From positions 186,558,001 to 186,622,000 of the forward strand of contig OZ024742.1 of the NCBI GenBank assembly GCA_964016885.1: a stretch of 64,000 bases of DNA, written 5' to 3'. This DNA comes from Eledone cirrhosa. Its lineage: Eukaryota. Numbering within the stretch: position 1 is the stretch's first letter; every line of letters begins with the position of its first letter. The translations under genes and the position numbers were made by a program. Below the pieces are notes generated by a model. The model made no database searches. It was not told the origin of the DNA and saw only the letters and a list, made by a program, of their open reading frames with translations. Below, piece after piece: positions 12,730-27,684 of this stretch.

Positions 12730-14035
12730 TACTTTCTCAGTATTGTTGCTTTTGTTATTATTGTCATTGTTGTTGTTATTGTTGTTGTTATTGTTGTTGT
12801 TATTGTTGTTGTAGTTTACTTTCTCAGTATTGTTGTTGTTTGTATTGTTGTTGTAGGTTACTTTCTCAGTATTGTTGTTGTTATTGTTGTTGTTGTAGGT
12901 TACTTTCTCAGTATTGTTGCTGTTATTGTTGTTATTGTAGTTTACTTTCTCAGTATTGTTGTTGTTATTGTTGTTGTAGTTTACTTTCTCAGTATAGTTG
13001 TTGTTATTGTTGTTGTTGTAGTTTACTTTCTCAGTATTGTTGTTGTTATTGTTCTTGTTGTAATTTACTTTCTCAGTATTGTTGTTGTTATTGTTGTTGT
13101 AGTTTACTTTCTCAGTATTGTTGTTGTTTGTATTGTTGTTGTAGGTTACTTTCTCAGTATTGTTGTTGTTATTGTTGTTGTAGTTTACTTTCTCAGTATT
13201 GTTGTTGTTGTTATTGTTGTTGTAGGTTACTTTCTCAGTATTGTTGTTGTTATTGTTGTTATTGTAGTTTACTTTCTCAGTATTGTTGTTGTTATTGTTG
13301 TTGTAGTTTACTTTCTCAGTATTGTTGTTGTTTGTATTGTTGTTGTAGGTTACTTTCTCAGTATTGTTGTTGTTATTGTTGTTGTTGTAGGTTACTTTCT
13401 CAGTATTGTTGCTGTTATTGTTGTTATTGTAGTTTACTTTCTCAGTATTGTTGTTGTTATTGTTGTTGTAGTTTACTTTCTCAGTATTGTTGTTGTTTGT
13501 ATTGTTGTTGTAGGTTACTTTCTCGGTATTGTTGTTGTTATTGTTGTTGTAGTTTACTTTCTCAGTATAGTTGTTGTTATTGTTGTTGTTGTAGTTTACT
13601 TTCTCAGTATTGTTGTTGTTATTGTTGTTGTTGTAGTTTACTTTCTCAGTATTGTTGTTGTTTGTGTTGTTGTTGTAGTTTACTTTCTCGGTATTGTTGT
13701 TGTTATTGTTGTTGTAGGTTACTTTCTCAGTATTGTTGTTGTTATTGTTGTTGTTGTAGGTTACTTTCTCAGTATTGTTGTTTGTGTTGTTGTAGGTTAC
13801 TTTCTCAGTATTGTTGTTGTTGTTATTGTTGTTGTAGGTTACTTTCTCAGTATTGTTGTTGTTATTGTTGTTGTAGGTTACTTTCTCAGTATTGTTGTTG
13901 TTATTGTTGTTGTTGTAGGTTACTTTCTCAGTATTGTTGTTGTTATTGTTGTTGTTGTAGGTTACTTTCTCAGTATTGTTGTTGTTTGTGTTGTTGTTGT
14001 AGGTTACTTTCTGAGTATTGTTGATGTTTGTGTTG
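12730..14035. repeat. 33-39 bp minisatellite (TACTTTCTCAGTATT plus a variable (GTT)n)
   Basis: Roughly 35 units with a constant anchor and a variable trinucleotide spacer. Confidence 0.95.
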
Positions 14036-14283
14036 TTGTAGCATATATACTCTCCTGGTATTGTTGTTACTGTGATGTTGATGTTGATGCTGCATTATTT
14101 ACCCATTCAGTATTGCTGTTGTTGTTGTTATTGTTGATGTACATGAGTTACCCTCTCAGTATTGTTGTTCATGTTGCTGCTGTTGTTTCTTGCAGTTGTT
14201 TTCGTCACATTACTACCGCTGTTATTTTTTCTAGCGTAGTTACAAATTTACAATAGATGTTTTAGTTGATGGCTTCATTACAC

Positions 14284-14366
<83 letters not shown>

Positions 14367-14460
14367 ATAAATATATGTGTATATATATATATATATATAT
14401 GTATGTATACATACTGACGCATAGACGCATATACACATATGTATGTATATATGTATATAT

Positions 14461-14569
<109 letters not shown>

Positions 14570-14761
14570 TATATATATATTACGAGCATATATGAAGCAG
14601 TCATATACACATTCTGTTTGATTTCCCACCTCGTTTTTCATTCTTTGTTGTTTTTTTAGACTTTTGTTTCCTTATCTGGATTAATTTCCGCTTAATTGTT
14701 GTTCTGGCACACTCTGGTAATCTTATATATATATATATGCATATTTGTGCACGTGTCGGGC

Positions 14762-14803
<42 letters not shown>

Positions 14804-14984
14804 CTTATCATAGTTGTTGCATACTTGTTAGCTACCAGAAACCATTAATCAGATGTGGCTCAAATTAGTTACTTTACTGCTACACCACCCTCAACTTCAC
14901 CTTCACCCCTATCACATATATTAATAATAATAACAACAACAATAACAACAATAATAATTTATACCCAACGAGAACGACAATCGT

Positions 14985-15670
14985 GCTTGTTAAAGACTGA
15001 AAGGTTTTGAGATTGAATCTTCCATATTGATATTATAAAGGAGACTGAATCACTATCGATATCAACCGAAGACGAAACTTTGAGCTGTTAGTTGAAGAAT
15101 AAAGCCATACACCATCCTGGTGAACTGTGAAATGCTGTCTGACTGGAATTGATACAGAAATGTCACCCATACAGTGACCGCTTGCCATATGCTAGCCAAA
15201 AGAAGTCATCTACGTATCTTCACTGGTGAATGTGCAAACAATATTGATATCAGGTGTCCCAGAAATTGTCCTTAATGATAGAGATACACCAAAAATATTC
15301 TGGGACTTCATTATTCAAATAGAGCACAGACTAGAACACAACATACCTTATATTATAGTTATGCTTAGAAATAGAGGTGAATGCCTGAGTATTGGTGTTA
15401 CCATCCCAAGAGACTACAACATAGCCATGAATGTAATTGAAAAGAATAAAAAAATATACTGACTTGAAGATCGAAATTGCACGAATATGGTCAATACAAC
15501 CTAAAAACATGAAGATAATTTCAGTTTTCATTGGAGCTTTGGCCTCAATACCATTAAACCTGAGAGATCAAATAGACACCGAATCAGAAACTGCTCTGCT
15601 ACATAAAACTGCTGTTTTGTACTGAACATATACTCATGAAAGTACTGTCTGTCTAAGGTCCTTGTTGAGA
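14985..15670 (+). mobile_element. Degenerate R4/Dong-type RLE LINE 3' fragment
   Basis: KIFWDFIIQ..LEHNIP..IGVTIPRD..KKYTDLKIEIARIW..VFIGALASIP, frameshifted. Confidence 0.75.
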
Positions 15671-15719
15671 CCAGAAAATCCAATAATGATCATATTTACT
15701 GTGCAAAACGTACATACTT

Positions 15720-15937
15720 TTGTTTCTGATTTAAGTACAAGGCCAATCATTTAGGGAGAGGGGAAAGTCGATTAAATCGACCCCAGTGCCTTAGTGCTAC
15801 TTTATTTTATCGATCCCCGTAGTGATGAAAAGCAAAGGTAACCTCGGCGGGATTTGAAATCACACCGTAAAGTTACGTAACTATATTTCGCAAAGCATGT
15901 TGTCCGACGCTCTACCGACACTGCCAATCTACCGCCC
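15720..15937 (-). mobile_element. SINE family A
   Basis: Reverse complement of the family A unit. Confidence 0.75.
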
Positions 15938-17264
15938 TCGTACCTATTATAATATTAAAAGTAAAACCCAGACACAAGAAATATAAAATTGAGTTAGACA
16001 ATTACATTGTTTTTATATTAGTCTAATAATTTCTAAAATCATCTCCTTATTTCAAAGATATATTACAGCCAGACAAGACATATTACGAAATTCAGAAATT
16101 GAAGTTATTGAATATATAGCATTAAATTATTTCAAGCAACATTTCCTCTGACATAGCTATCCCAGTGTATCGTATTGGTGTCTAAATTTATGAGTTAGAT
16201 TTCATTACAGCTCGGCTAAATCTTCATACAAGCGGTGAATTAGCAGAGTTGTTAGAGTGTCGGATTAAATGCCTTCATATTTGTTCTGGTTTTCTGCATT
16301 CTAAGTTCAAATATTGATGAAATCAACTTTGTCCTTCATCTTTTCGGTTGTGGAGTCAATAAATAAAGTATCGGTCTGGGGTAGGGTGGATTGAAGCCGG
16401 TAGCTTGGCAGAATTGTTAAAGACTCGGACGGAATCTTTTACTATGTCTATGTTTCGGTTCTGTGCGTTGTAGGTTCAAATCCCCCATTGTGTCACTGGA
16501 AAAGCGATGGCGTTTTTGTCAGGAATCCTGACTAGCAGGAAATATCAGCAATGGAAAGACCAATAAAAACATTATTTCTTTGGTCTGATCTGATGATCAG
16601 CTTCTAGTTTTCTTTTTATAGAGCGTCATACAAAGTTTCTTGCAGTATTTAGCTATGACTCTGTACCTTCCGAGTTCAAATGCAATGAAAGACAGTCGAT
16701 TTGTCAAAATATTGAGATATTTGTTTTTGGCACTCTACACTCTATGTTCAAATTCCGCCTCCTTTATTCATGAGTTATGACCAGCAGATAGTTTCAGCAA
16801 TGGAAAGACCAATAAAAACATAGTTTCCTTGGTTTGATTTGACGATCAACTTCTCCCTTTTTTTTTATATATTCACTTATTCTTTAATAAAATCTTCCAC
16901 TTACACCATTTATTACTAAGCAGCATCTAAAATATTTCTTCAAGATGTCTGCTTCTCCCTAAATTCTTAATTTAATTGTGAATTAAGTGAAATGTGACTT
17001 TTTAAAATCCACATTGACTCTAATTATCTCCAAACTAGATTCCAGTTCCCACTTAATTGTCCAATTACGTATAATTAGGCTGTTGAAGTTTACTAATTAG
17101 GGAATATGTTTTAATCATAAGTATCTCCCTCCTCCTTTATCCCAAATGCTCCTTTCCAATTATTATAGATTTTTTTGGACACAACATAGCTGAATGGTTC
17201 TAAGTAGTTAACTGGGTTCGATCTCACTACGTGGTTTCTTAGGCAAGTGTCATTTACCATGGTC

Positions 17265-18105
17265 TCATGTCACACACTGTATAACATTAAATGTCACACT
17301 GCATCACACTAAATGACACATACTGTGTTACACTTGATGACACACTGTTACACTAAATGTCACACTGTGTTACACTAAATGTCACACTGATTTACACTAA
17401 ATGTCACACACTTATTTACACTAAATGTCACACACTTATTTACACTAAATGTCACACTGTGTTACACTAAATGTCACACACTGTGTTACAATTAATGTCA
17501 CACACTGTGTTACAATTAATGTCACACACGGTGTTACAATTAATGTCGCACACAGTGTTACACTTGATGTCACATACCATGTTACAATTAATGTCACACA
17601 ATGTGTTACACTTAATGTCACACACTGTGCTACACTTAATGTCACACACTTTTCCACTTAATATAACACACTGTGTTACACTTATGTCACACTGTTACAC
17701 TTATATCACACTGTGTTACATTTAATGTCACACACTGTGTGACATTTAGTGTCACACACTGTGTTACACTTAATGTCATACCATGTAACACTGTGTAACA
17801 CTTAATATCACACCGCGCTACACTTAATGTCAAACACAGTGTCACAATTAATGTCACACCGTGCCACACTTAATATCACACACTGTGTTACACTTAATAT
17901 CACACACTAATCACACTTAATATCACACATTGTGTCACACTTAATGTCACACCGTGTTACATTTAATATCACACAGTGTTACCCTTAATGTCAAACACTG
18001 TGTTACATTTAATGTCACACAGTGTTACACTTAATGTCAAACACTGTGTTACATTTAATGTCACACATAATGTCACACTTTGTTACACTTAACATCACAC
18101 ACTGT
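17265..18105. repeat. 22-24 bp minisatellite (TGTCACACACTGTGTTACACTTAA)
   Basis: More than 30 imperfect units are visible. Confidence 0.93.
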
Positions 18106-18779
18106 GTCCCCAAGGCACATTGATAGACACCTTCCATAATATATACGTGAAAAATAAACCTCCTGGTCATATGTACAATGTCTGTGATAGGAGTTCTGAT
18201 CGATCAGGATTGTTCTAATGTGTGGCACTACCACCCGTGGGGGGCGCTGAGAAGCTCCAAAGGGGCGGTGGGGTTTAAGGGGGCGGTAGAGATGATATAA
18301 TAGTATATTAAATATCAAATGATACATATTATATATATATAATATATTCATTTATACATAGTATATATTATATTATTTATAAATTAACGATTTTATTTAT
18401 TATTAGACCACTCGTGACCCGTTGGGTCACGTTCACTTCAAAATATTAAAAAAATTCATGTTCATTTAAAAATAATTTTTAAATAATTAAAATACACATA
18501 GACATGTATATAATGTGAAATGAAACTAGAAGGCCCACATATATACACGTGTGTGTATGTATACACACACACACACATATATATATATATTGTTATATTT
18601 GGGGAGGGTCATATTGTTATAATATTGCCAGAAATAATAACAGAACACACTCACTGTTTGGTTGGTTTTCGCTTCTGTATCTTTTATATCTCCATAGTTA
18701 ACTTATTTGCAAATCAATGTTTATCATTGATTGACCAGCGGTTAAAAATACAGATATAAATATATATATATATATAGTC

Positions 18780-18823
18780 TATCAAAGTTCTTTCGTTGCA
18801 CAACTGCAACATCATCAGTGGTA
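18780..18823 (-). ncRNA. Minimal hammerhead ribozyme motif
   Basis: TACCA CTGATGA T GTTGCA GTTG TGCAAC GAAA GAAC TT TGATA, with one mismatch in stem I. Confidence 0.65.
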
Positions 18824-19849
18824 CTATTATGTTTCCTCCTATTGTATTGCATATATATGTATGTGTGTGTGTATATATATATATGGGTGTCTGTGATCTA
18901 TATACACTGGTCATAGACACACACACATATACACACACATATATATATACACAACAACACCGCCAGCTCTCTCTCTTCCATTCTCCTGCTTTGTCCCCTC
19001 TCCCTCTCTCTATGTTTCTATTTTAATCTACTCTCTCACAACCACTATCTCTTTCTCTCTACCTTAATAAACAGAGAGAAAGTCTCTGTTTATTAAGGTA
19101 CCCGAAAACCCCCATATCTCGGGAACCCGTCCTTCAATTTACCCGAAACTTGTTTTATTCCATTTTTATTCGCATTTCAGGGTCAACTCCCTTTCAAAGT
19201 ATTTTCCCATTATGATATTACAGACAAGCAAGCAAGCAAGAAATCACAGAGTTTTAGTAATATATAGATATATTATTTACAATTTGCGTGCAGGCAAGTC
19301 TCTCTGGAAATAGGGATAGGGAGCTGAGGGTATTACGTGACGGTGAGGGAGGCGGTGGCCCCAAAAGTTTGAGAACCTCACCTCTGCTCTAATGCTAATC
19401 AATAACAAACACACCAAGAGGTTGTTAATTATTCTCTCCTTTCATTAATTATACATCTCACCAGAGGGACGGAACTCGTAAATGTTTGAAAAGGAGAACG
19501 AATTGTTCGTTGATTTCACGGATGAACATCCAGTCGTTCGATTAACTGATCGTCCGATACGCACCCCAACATGCAAATAGTTAAATATTCCACAGACACG
19601 CGTACTATTACTGTATTTCTATGGGAGAATCTGTGTGATATTCTATGCAACAAGACTGGATGTTTGAATTACAGGTACAATCTATCTGACGGGCTTCCAC
19701 ACAGTTTAGGTCTACCCAATTTTATTCACAAGGCTTCGGTCGACCTGAGGCTATGTTAAAGACACTTGTCCATAATTCCACATGGAAGCGTATGGCTGCG
19801 AATCGAACTTCTTAACCACCAGCCATGTGCATGTTCATATTAAAGTGTT

Positions 19850-20430
19850 TGAAAAAAGACGCAGGAGCTGTGGCAGTGGCACTCCGTCGGTTACGACGAC
19901 GAGTATTCCTGTTGATACGATCAACGGAACAGCCTGTTCGTGAAATTAACGTTCAAGTGGCTGAGCATTCCAGAAACACGAGTACTACTAACGTAGTTCT
20001 CTGGGAGATTCAGCGTGACACAGAATGTGACAAGGCTGCTCCTTCGAATTACAGGTACAACTTATTTTTGCCAGCTGAGTGGACTGGAGCAACGTGAAAT
20101 AAAGTGTCTTGCTCAAGGACACAACACGCCACCAGGAATCGAAATTACGAACTTACGATTGTGAGCCGAATACCCTAACCCCAGAGTCACACGCCCTCAC
20201 ACAGTGTAAAGAGATAAATATATTGGTTTCTGATTTAGGCACAAGGCCAACCACTTTTTGGGGAAAGTCGATTAAATCCACTCCAGTGCCTTACTGGTAC
20301 TTTATTTTATCGACCTGTAAAGATAAAAGGCAAAGCTAACCTTGGCAGGATTTGAACTCAGATCGTAAAGGGACGTAACTATATACCGCAAAGCATGTTG
20401 TCCGACGTTCTACCAATACTGCCATCCATC
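19850..20430 (-). mobile_element. Adjacent SINEs: family B (19850-20200) and family A (20222-20430)
   Basis: Shared family motifs and B boxes on the minus strand. Confidence 0.7.
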
Positions 20431-20434
20431 GCTC

Positions 20435-20596
20435 TTAGAGAGAGAGAAAGAAAGAGAGAGAGATAGTGTGTGTGTGTGAGAGAGAGATAGAGAGAGAGAT
20501 ATATATAGTGTGTATCTGTGAGTGTGTGTGAGAGAGAGAGAGCGAGAGAGATAGTGTGTGTGTGTGTGTGAGAGAGAGAAAGAGAGAGAGAGTGAT

Positions 20597-20636
<40 letters not shown>

Positions 20637-20875
20637 GTTGATAGTGTGTGTGTGTATGTGTGTGTGAGAGAGAGAGCGAGAGAGATAGTGTGTGTGTGTG
20701 TGTGAGAGAGAGGAGAGAGAGTGATAGTGTGTGTGTGTGTGTGAGAGGGAGAGAGGAGAGAGAGAGACAGTGTGTATATGTGAGTGTGCGCGCTCGCATA
20801 TGTGTGTGTGTGTGTGTGAGAGGGAGAGAGGAGAGAGAGAGACAGTGTGTATATGTGAGTGTGCGCGCTCGCATA

Positions 20876-20957
<82 letters not shown>
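20435..20957. repeat. Compound (GA)n/(GT)n microsatellite
   Basis: Directly visible, with higher-order repetition. Confidence 0.9.
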
Positions 20958-20959
<2 letters not shown>

Positions 20960-21469
20960 AAATATATTAAAAAACAATTTACACGAGGAACTGCACCTAT
21001 AGGAAAAATGGACTGTTAAAAATGAAGAAAATCAGAAAAAAGGTAGAGAAAATTAAAGCTATAGGAATTGATTAATTTTATTATCTAAATCCTTATTGAT
21101 TATATATTTGATTTTATTTCTCCAACAGACGGATAGGAAATTAATTAATTAGGCTGTAAGAAATCGGCTTTGGGCAATGTTGAGTGCGATTAAATTAAAT
21201 TGAATGGACATGTATCTCTTTAATAAATAGAAACACATAGTATAACAATATTTATGAGGTGTAAATTTTTATGTAGTGATATGTAGTGGCCGAGTTTATG
21301 TAGTGGCCGAGCGGTTAGGATTTTGGGTTCGTGATCATAAGGTCATGGTTTCGATTCCTAGACCGGGTGAGGTGTTGTTTCTTTGAGCAAGGCACTTCAT
21401 TTTTACGTTGTTTCAGTTCACGCCACTGAGTACCAACGACAACTGTAGTTAGTTCTGCGATGGAGCACT

Positions 21470-21823
21470 AGGGTTTAGTCTTTGGACGGAGGATCAGAGT
21501 TATTCATTTGACAGAGGAGGAGAGTTAGTCCAGTGAAAGAGGATCAGAGTTAGTGCTTCAATGGAGGACCAGATTAAGTCCTTTGACAGAAGACCAGAGT
21601 TAATCCTTTGACAGAGGATCAGAATTAATCCTTGATGGAGGGCCAGACTTAGTCCTTTGATGGAGGGCCAAAGCTAGGCCTTTGATAGAGGGTCAGAACT
21701 AGCTCTTTGATGGAGGACCAAAGGTAGTCCTATGACGGAGGACAAGAGTAAATCATGCGACGGAACACCAGAGTTAGTCATTTGACGGTGGACCAGGTTA
21801 AGTCCTATGGCGGAGGACTAAAG
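21470..21823. repeat. About 29-30 bp minisatellite (GAGGACCAGAGTTAGTCCTTTGA...)
   Basis: About 12 imperfect units. Confidence 0.8.
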
Positions 21824-21827
21824 TTAA

Positions 21828-22048
21828 CCCTTTAGCATTTAAACCGGCCATATCCGGCCAGAATCCTCTCATCTCTTTCTGTTCAAACCGGCTGTAACCA
21901 GCTGCTCATACTAATATTAAGGTATTGTTTTCAAAATAAATAATCTCAAAAAGTCGTAGATTCGATATTATGTGAGATAATTATGTGAGGTAAAGCCTTT
22001 ACTGTGAAAATATAATAGTAAATATAGAGTAATGTAAATGCTAAAGGG
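21828..22048. mobile_element. piggyBac-type MITE
   Basis: TTAA on both sides and 14 bp TIRs CCCTTTAGCATTTA / TAAATGCTAAAGGG. Confidence 0.8.
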
Positions 22049-22305
22049 TTAAATATGTGACGTCGGAATTGGTCAAGTCATGTGATGGACCAATGTTTTG
22101 TACTCTTAGTCGGTTAACGTTTATGAAACCGAAATACGTATGCCCCAGGTACGTCTTACTCTTGTGAGCTTGGAATAATAGACGTAAAGATATAACTCAA
22201 AGATGAATTGTAAATATGCAGTCTCTCTTGTGTGTGTGTGTATATATATATATACCTCTAACTGGATTACCTATAACGATATTTTGTTATCCCTTATATA
22301 TATAT

Positions 22306-22415
<110 letters not shown>

Positions 22416-22631
22416 GGGATAACAAGTTATCCTTATAGGTAATCCAGTTAGAAGTTGTGAGTACTCTGTATTGTGGATAGTTCTAACGTACGGTGTTGTT
22501 TGACTCAACAAGAGGTTTTCATAGTTAGGTAGCGAGCTCGCGAGAATTCCTATGCAGGTTATACTTGGAGTAATAATAGTGAAAGATTGAAGAATAACAT
22601 GGTCGGCTGTACAACAAGGGTTTTATTTTAA

Positions 22632-22742
22632 GTATTAACAATTGTTTCATTGATCAGGTGAGTCTAAAGGCCGCTAATCACTCGAAATTGCGTCACTCGA
22701 CCTTAAATACAGTGTTTACCGCTGATCAAATCATCGGAATAC
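22632..22742 (-). ncRNA. Hammerhead motif with extended stem II (core CCGATGA)
   Basis: GTATT CCGATGA T TTGATCAG ... CTGATCAA T GAAA CAATTG TT AATAC. Confidence 0.7.
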
Positions 22743-23157
22743 TGTACAGCCGACAATGTTATTCTTCAATCTTTCACTATATATATATATAAAAGGAAAA
22801 GAATGACTTCACTTGTAGTTCTAAACAATTTGATTTAATTTTATAATATTATGATTTGGTACACACACACACACATATATAAGTATACTAATACATCTAC
22901 ACGCACACACACTCGTATATACACACACATATTTAAACAGACGCACTCATATTTGTTTTATACGTTCCTGTGATAAATACAATAAACATGCAGTAAATTA
23001 AGTAAATTAATATATAGAATCAATATAATATTTGTTATTAATGTTGACTGTTTACTTCGAAGTTTTGCCGACGTTATCGGCTTTTCAAAACATTTCAAAA
23101 CAGTTTTGATAAGCCGTCAACATAACCATAAATAACTGATGTTACACACACACTGAG

Positions 23158-23832
<675 letters not shown>

Positions 23833-23958
23833 AGAAAAGCAAACACTGTTTTCTTATTGATTGAAACAAATATAGTGAAAATGTAACAGTTCTAACACAT
23901 TAAAACAATCTTATTTGATGCAAGCATTGATTTCATTTCTGGAAGCTCAACATAATAC

Positions 23959-24097
<139 letters not shown>

Positions 24098-24410
24098 CAG
24101 TTATGAAATGCTATTAAGATTCCTAAGATATCAGAGATCGGCGATAAAAGGGGAAATACTTAATTCTTTGATAAAACGAATATTTTCGAGACATTCGGCG
24201 TCGTTCTGGACGTTGGCAGCCACGAGAAATTTTAGTTACAGCAAAGTTCATTTAGGTTGATTTTCCAGAAGGGTGAATACTGCTATGCACTAATTTTTAA
24301 GTAGGAAAAATAAAGAAAAGAAAGAAAAGGAAAGGAAAAGAAAAAAAGAAGGTAAAGAAAGAGAAACGATTGACGCTGATTTCAGAATAAAAAGTTAATA
24401 TTTTCTGTTA

Positions 24411-24528
<118 letters not shown>

Positions 24529-24704
24529 GAGATAACCGGAGCAAGCAAGATTCAAACAATTTTTTAAAATAATATAATAATTGTTTCTACTTTAGGCACA
24601 AGGCCAGCAATTGTATGTTTACATGCCAAGACAAGAGCAAGAATGAGGGGCATATTCTACTGACATGGTTTAAAAGAGGCTGTTTGCATAATTGCTCAGA
24701 TTAC

Positions 24705-24748
<44 letters not shown>

Positions 24749-24799
24749 TTTATATATTATGGAATACTGTTGGCTTCTTGCTACAATACTTTCTATACC

Positions 24800-24829
<30 letters not shown>

Positions 24830-24831
<2 letters not shown>

Positions 24832-26066
24832 CATCATCATCATTCGTCGACTACTGTCGAGATGATGGATCTCACTCTCATGCCCCAGAATTCCCTGTCC
24901 CCCATCGCTGCCCCCAGGTCCTGTCTACTGATTCCCGTATCCCTAGAGATAACGTCAGGGAATGACAGCTTCCTACTCCTAGTCAGGCTGGAGTCAGGGT
25001 TCCAGAGCAAGAGAGCGGATATGATTTCATTGCTGGCACGGTGACAGTAGCCAGCAAATTGAGCTCTCCGGGATTTTAGAAGGGCAGAGGCTCGAGGGAG
25101 TTTGCCATAGATTTTAGACAAGGTGGCATGTCGTTTCCAGGATAGGTTTTGCACTCTCATTAAGAGGCGGGTATATGTGCCATCCAATCTCCTCTCACGT
25201 TGTGATGTTAGTGTCCAAGTTTCGGATCCATAAAGTAATATGGGCTTAATGGTTGCTTGGAATATTTCCAGTTTTAGCTTGTTGGTAAGTTGAGATGTCC
25301 ATATGGCGTGCATGTCATTGCACGCTGACCATGCCATACCCTTCCTGGTTAGAAAATCTTTTTTGTAGGAGGAGATATATGAGCCAAGATACTTGTAATC
25401 TTCCACCTGCTTAAGGGTGGTACCATTAAGGGTTCTGATGGGGTAGTTTGGGCTGATTGCGCATCTGTTCACATACTCAGTCTTGGATTCGTTGAGGTAC
25501 AGTCCAACACAGTTGGACGCTTGCTCTAATGACTTCAAAAGACTCACAGCATTTTCCAGTGTCCGACTGATCAATGCGATGTCGTCAGCAAAGTCGGTGT
25601 CGGTCAATTATTTTGCTGGGTAGCGTGAGCTTCTCCTAGGCTGTAGTTAGTATCCCCTATGCTGAATCCTATCCACAGACATGCGCAAAACATAATCCAC
25701 AACAATGATAAATAGATACGGAGCAAGGGTATCGCCCTGTAAAATTCCAGCGAGGATTAAGAAAGGTGGTGTTTCCCCATCTGGGGTCAGGACAGTTGAT
25801 TTGGTATCTGTATACATTACACGTATGGCTGCGATGATTTTATCAGGAATCCCATAGAGTTGTAGAATTTCAAACATCCCCGACCTGTCAACTGAGTCGA
25901 AGGCTTTTGAAAAATCAACAAAGATGAGTGCAAGGTCTAGATTGCGGTTTTGGGACTCCTCTATAAGTCGGCGAAGGCAGAGAATCTGGCTAAGTGTTGA
26001 TCTACCTCTCCTAAATCCATTCTGGTTGTTACGAAGGATTGGCTCAAGAAATGGGATTAAGCGGTC
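24830..26066 (-). mobile_element. 5'-truncated RTE-type LINE (RT pseudogene) with (GAT)n tail, inserted in (TA)n
   Basis: QNGFRRGRST, FVDFSKAFDSVDR, GILQGDTLAPYLF, DFADDIALIS, YKYLGS and LLYGSETW, with two in-frame stops. (TA)n lies on both sides. Confidence 0.9.
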
Positions 26067-26109
26067 ATATATATATATATATATATATTATATATTGATA
26101 GATAGATAG

Positions 26110-26153
<44 letters not shown>

Positions 26154-26214
26154 TAAATGGAAGTTTAGTAAAATCGAAGTTTTGGCTGTGGCCAGGCGAA
26201 CGAATCGAATATTA

Positions 26215-26390
26215 TTGGCAGTGTCGGTAGAGGGCGGACGCCATGCTTTGTCGCATAGAGTTACAGCCCTTGCCATTCTGAGTTGAAATCCCGTCGAAGT
26301 TAACTTTGCCTTTCATCGTTACGGGGGTCGATAAAATAAAGTACCAGTAATTTACTGGTTATACCTTGTGCCTAAAATAGAAGCAATTAT
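26215..26390 (+). mobile_element. SINE family A
   Basis: A and B boxes plus the conserved body. Confidence 0.8.
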
Positions 26391-27184
26391 TAATATTCGA
26401 AAAACTCAGATTACACCCACACACATATATATATATGATATGTGTGTGTATATATATGTGTGTGTGTGTGTGTGCATTTATATATGTCTGTGTTGGACAA
26501 AACACGGAGTTTATCCCAGTTATGTGGGCGTTGACTGGCCTTCCCCACCTCTAGACAGTACGCCTGTCTATGGTAGGATTAAACCGTAGTTGTGGCTCTG
26601 GTTCTCATTTAGATCAACGTCAAATGAAATACATTTCTTAAGGACACAATGCACCGCACGGTCTGGGAATCGAACCCACGACCTTATTATCGTGAACTCA
26701 ACATCGCAAATACCAGACACGGCGTGCCTTCACTATAGAAAGTTAATGGATATTATTGTAAGATATATTATAGTGATAAGTCGATCAGTTAGCACAACTT
26801 TACTGAAATACAATTTTCCTTCTCTTACAACATGATACACGAACGATTCAGGTAATTCTCCGTAAATCAATCCACCAAACTACTGAAATAATTCACAAAG
26901 AGTCGTTTATAACCAAGAGATGTTCGTCTCGATCATCAGCTTGATTAACACTTAAGATACAATTCGATTTCTAAACTATAAATTATCAAATTATTTATCG
27001 GTTTTTAACCAGTTCACGACATTACCCATTTAGTTTACCATTCTTTTACTTCTTCAGCTTCAAACAAACGCAGTGAGTTTATAAAGGTTTCAATTGTTAT
27101 GTTATTGTTAGCAAAAGTAATACTAGCTTACTAGCTGAAGAATGCGGGAAAACCACATATCACCTATATGTGTGTGTAGGTATA

Positions 27185-27229
<45 letters not shown>

Positions 27230-27403
27230 TAGATATAGATAGGTAAATATACACGGGTGTGTATGATTGTGTATAGAAGATTATATTAATAAGAGGAATT
27301 CCAACTTTGTCTGATTTACTCGTTTTATTTACAATCCTTTAAAATATATATAATGGTATTATAATGAAATAGTATGATAGAATATTAAATTCTAAGTGTT
27401 AAT

Positions 27404-27442
27404 TGAACAAGTACTTTCATGCTTTCGCAATCTTCAGGTTCA
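27404..27442 (-). ncRNA. Minimal hammerhead ribozyme (same sequence as 408-446)
   Basis: Identical motif. Confidence 0.85.
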
Positions 27443-27531
27443 TGATATGTGGTGACAGTCGAGTTTGCAATTTTCAACTGTTTGCAATTTTCACAGTTGA
27501 AAATTGCAAACTCGACTGTCACCACATATCA

Positions 27532-27570
27532 TGAACCTGAAGATTGCGAAAGCATGAAAGTACTTGTTCA
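27532..27570 (+). ncRNA. Minimal hammerhead ribozyme (mirror arm)
   Basis: TGAACCTGAAGATTGCGAAAGCATGAAAGTACTTGTTCA. Confidence 0.85.
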
Positions 27571-27684
27571 ATTAACACTTAGAATTTAATATTCTATCAT
27601 ACTATTTCATTATAATACCATTATATATATTTTAAAGGATTGTAAATAAAACGAGTAAATCAGACAAAGTTGGAATTCCTCTTA

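Noticed and set aside
12730-14035. CRISPR-like look of a constant anchor with variable spacers (also 38500-39380 and 52210-54440)
   Set aside because: The spacers are low-complexity variants of each other, the context is eukaryotic, and there are no cas genes.
18200-19385. Possible hAT MITE termini
   Set aside because: The ends are too degenerate and no 8 bp TSD was found.
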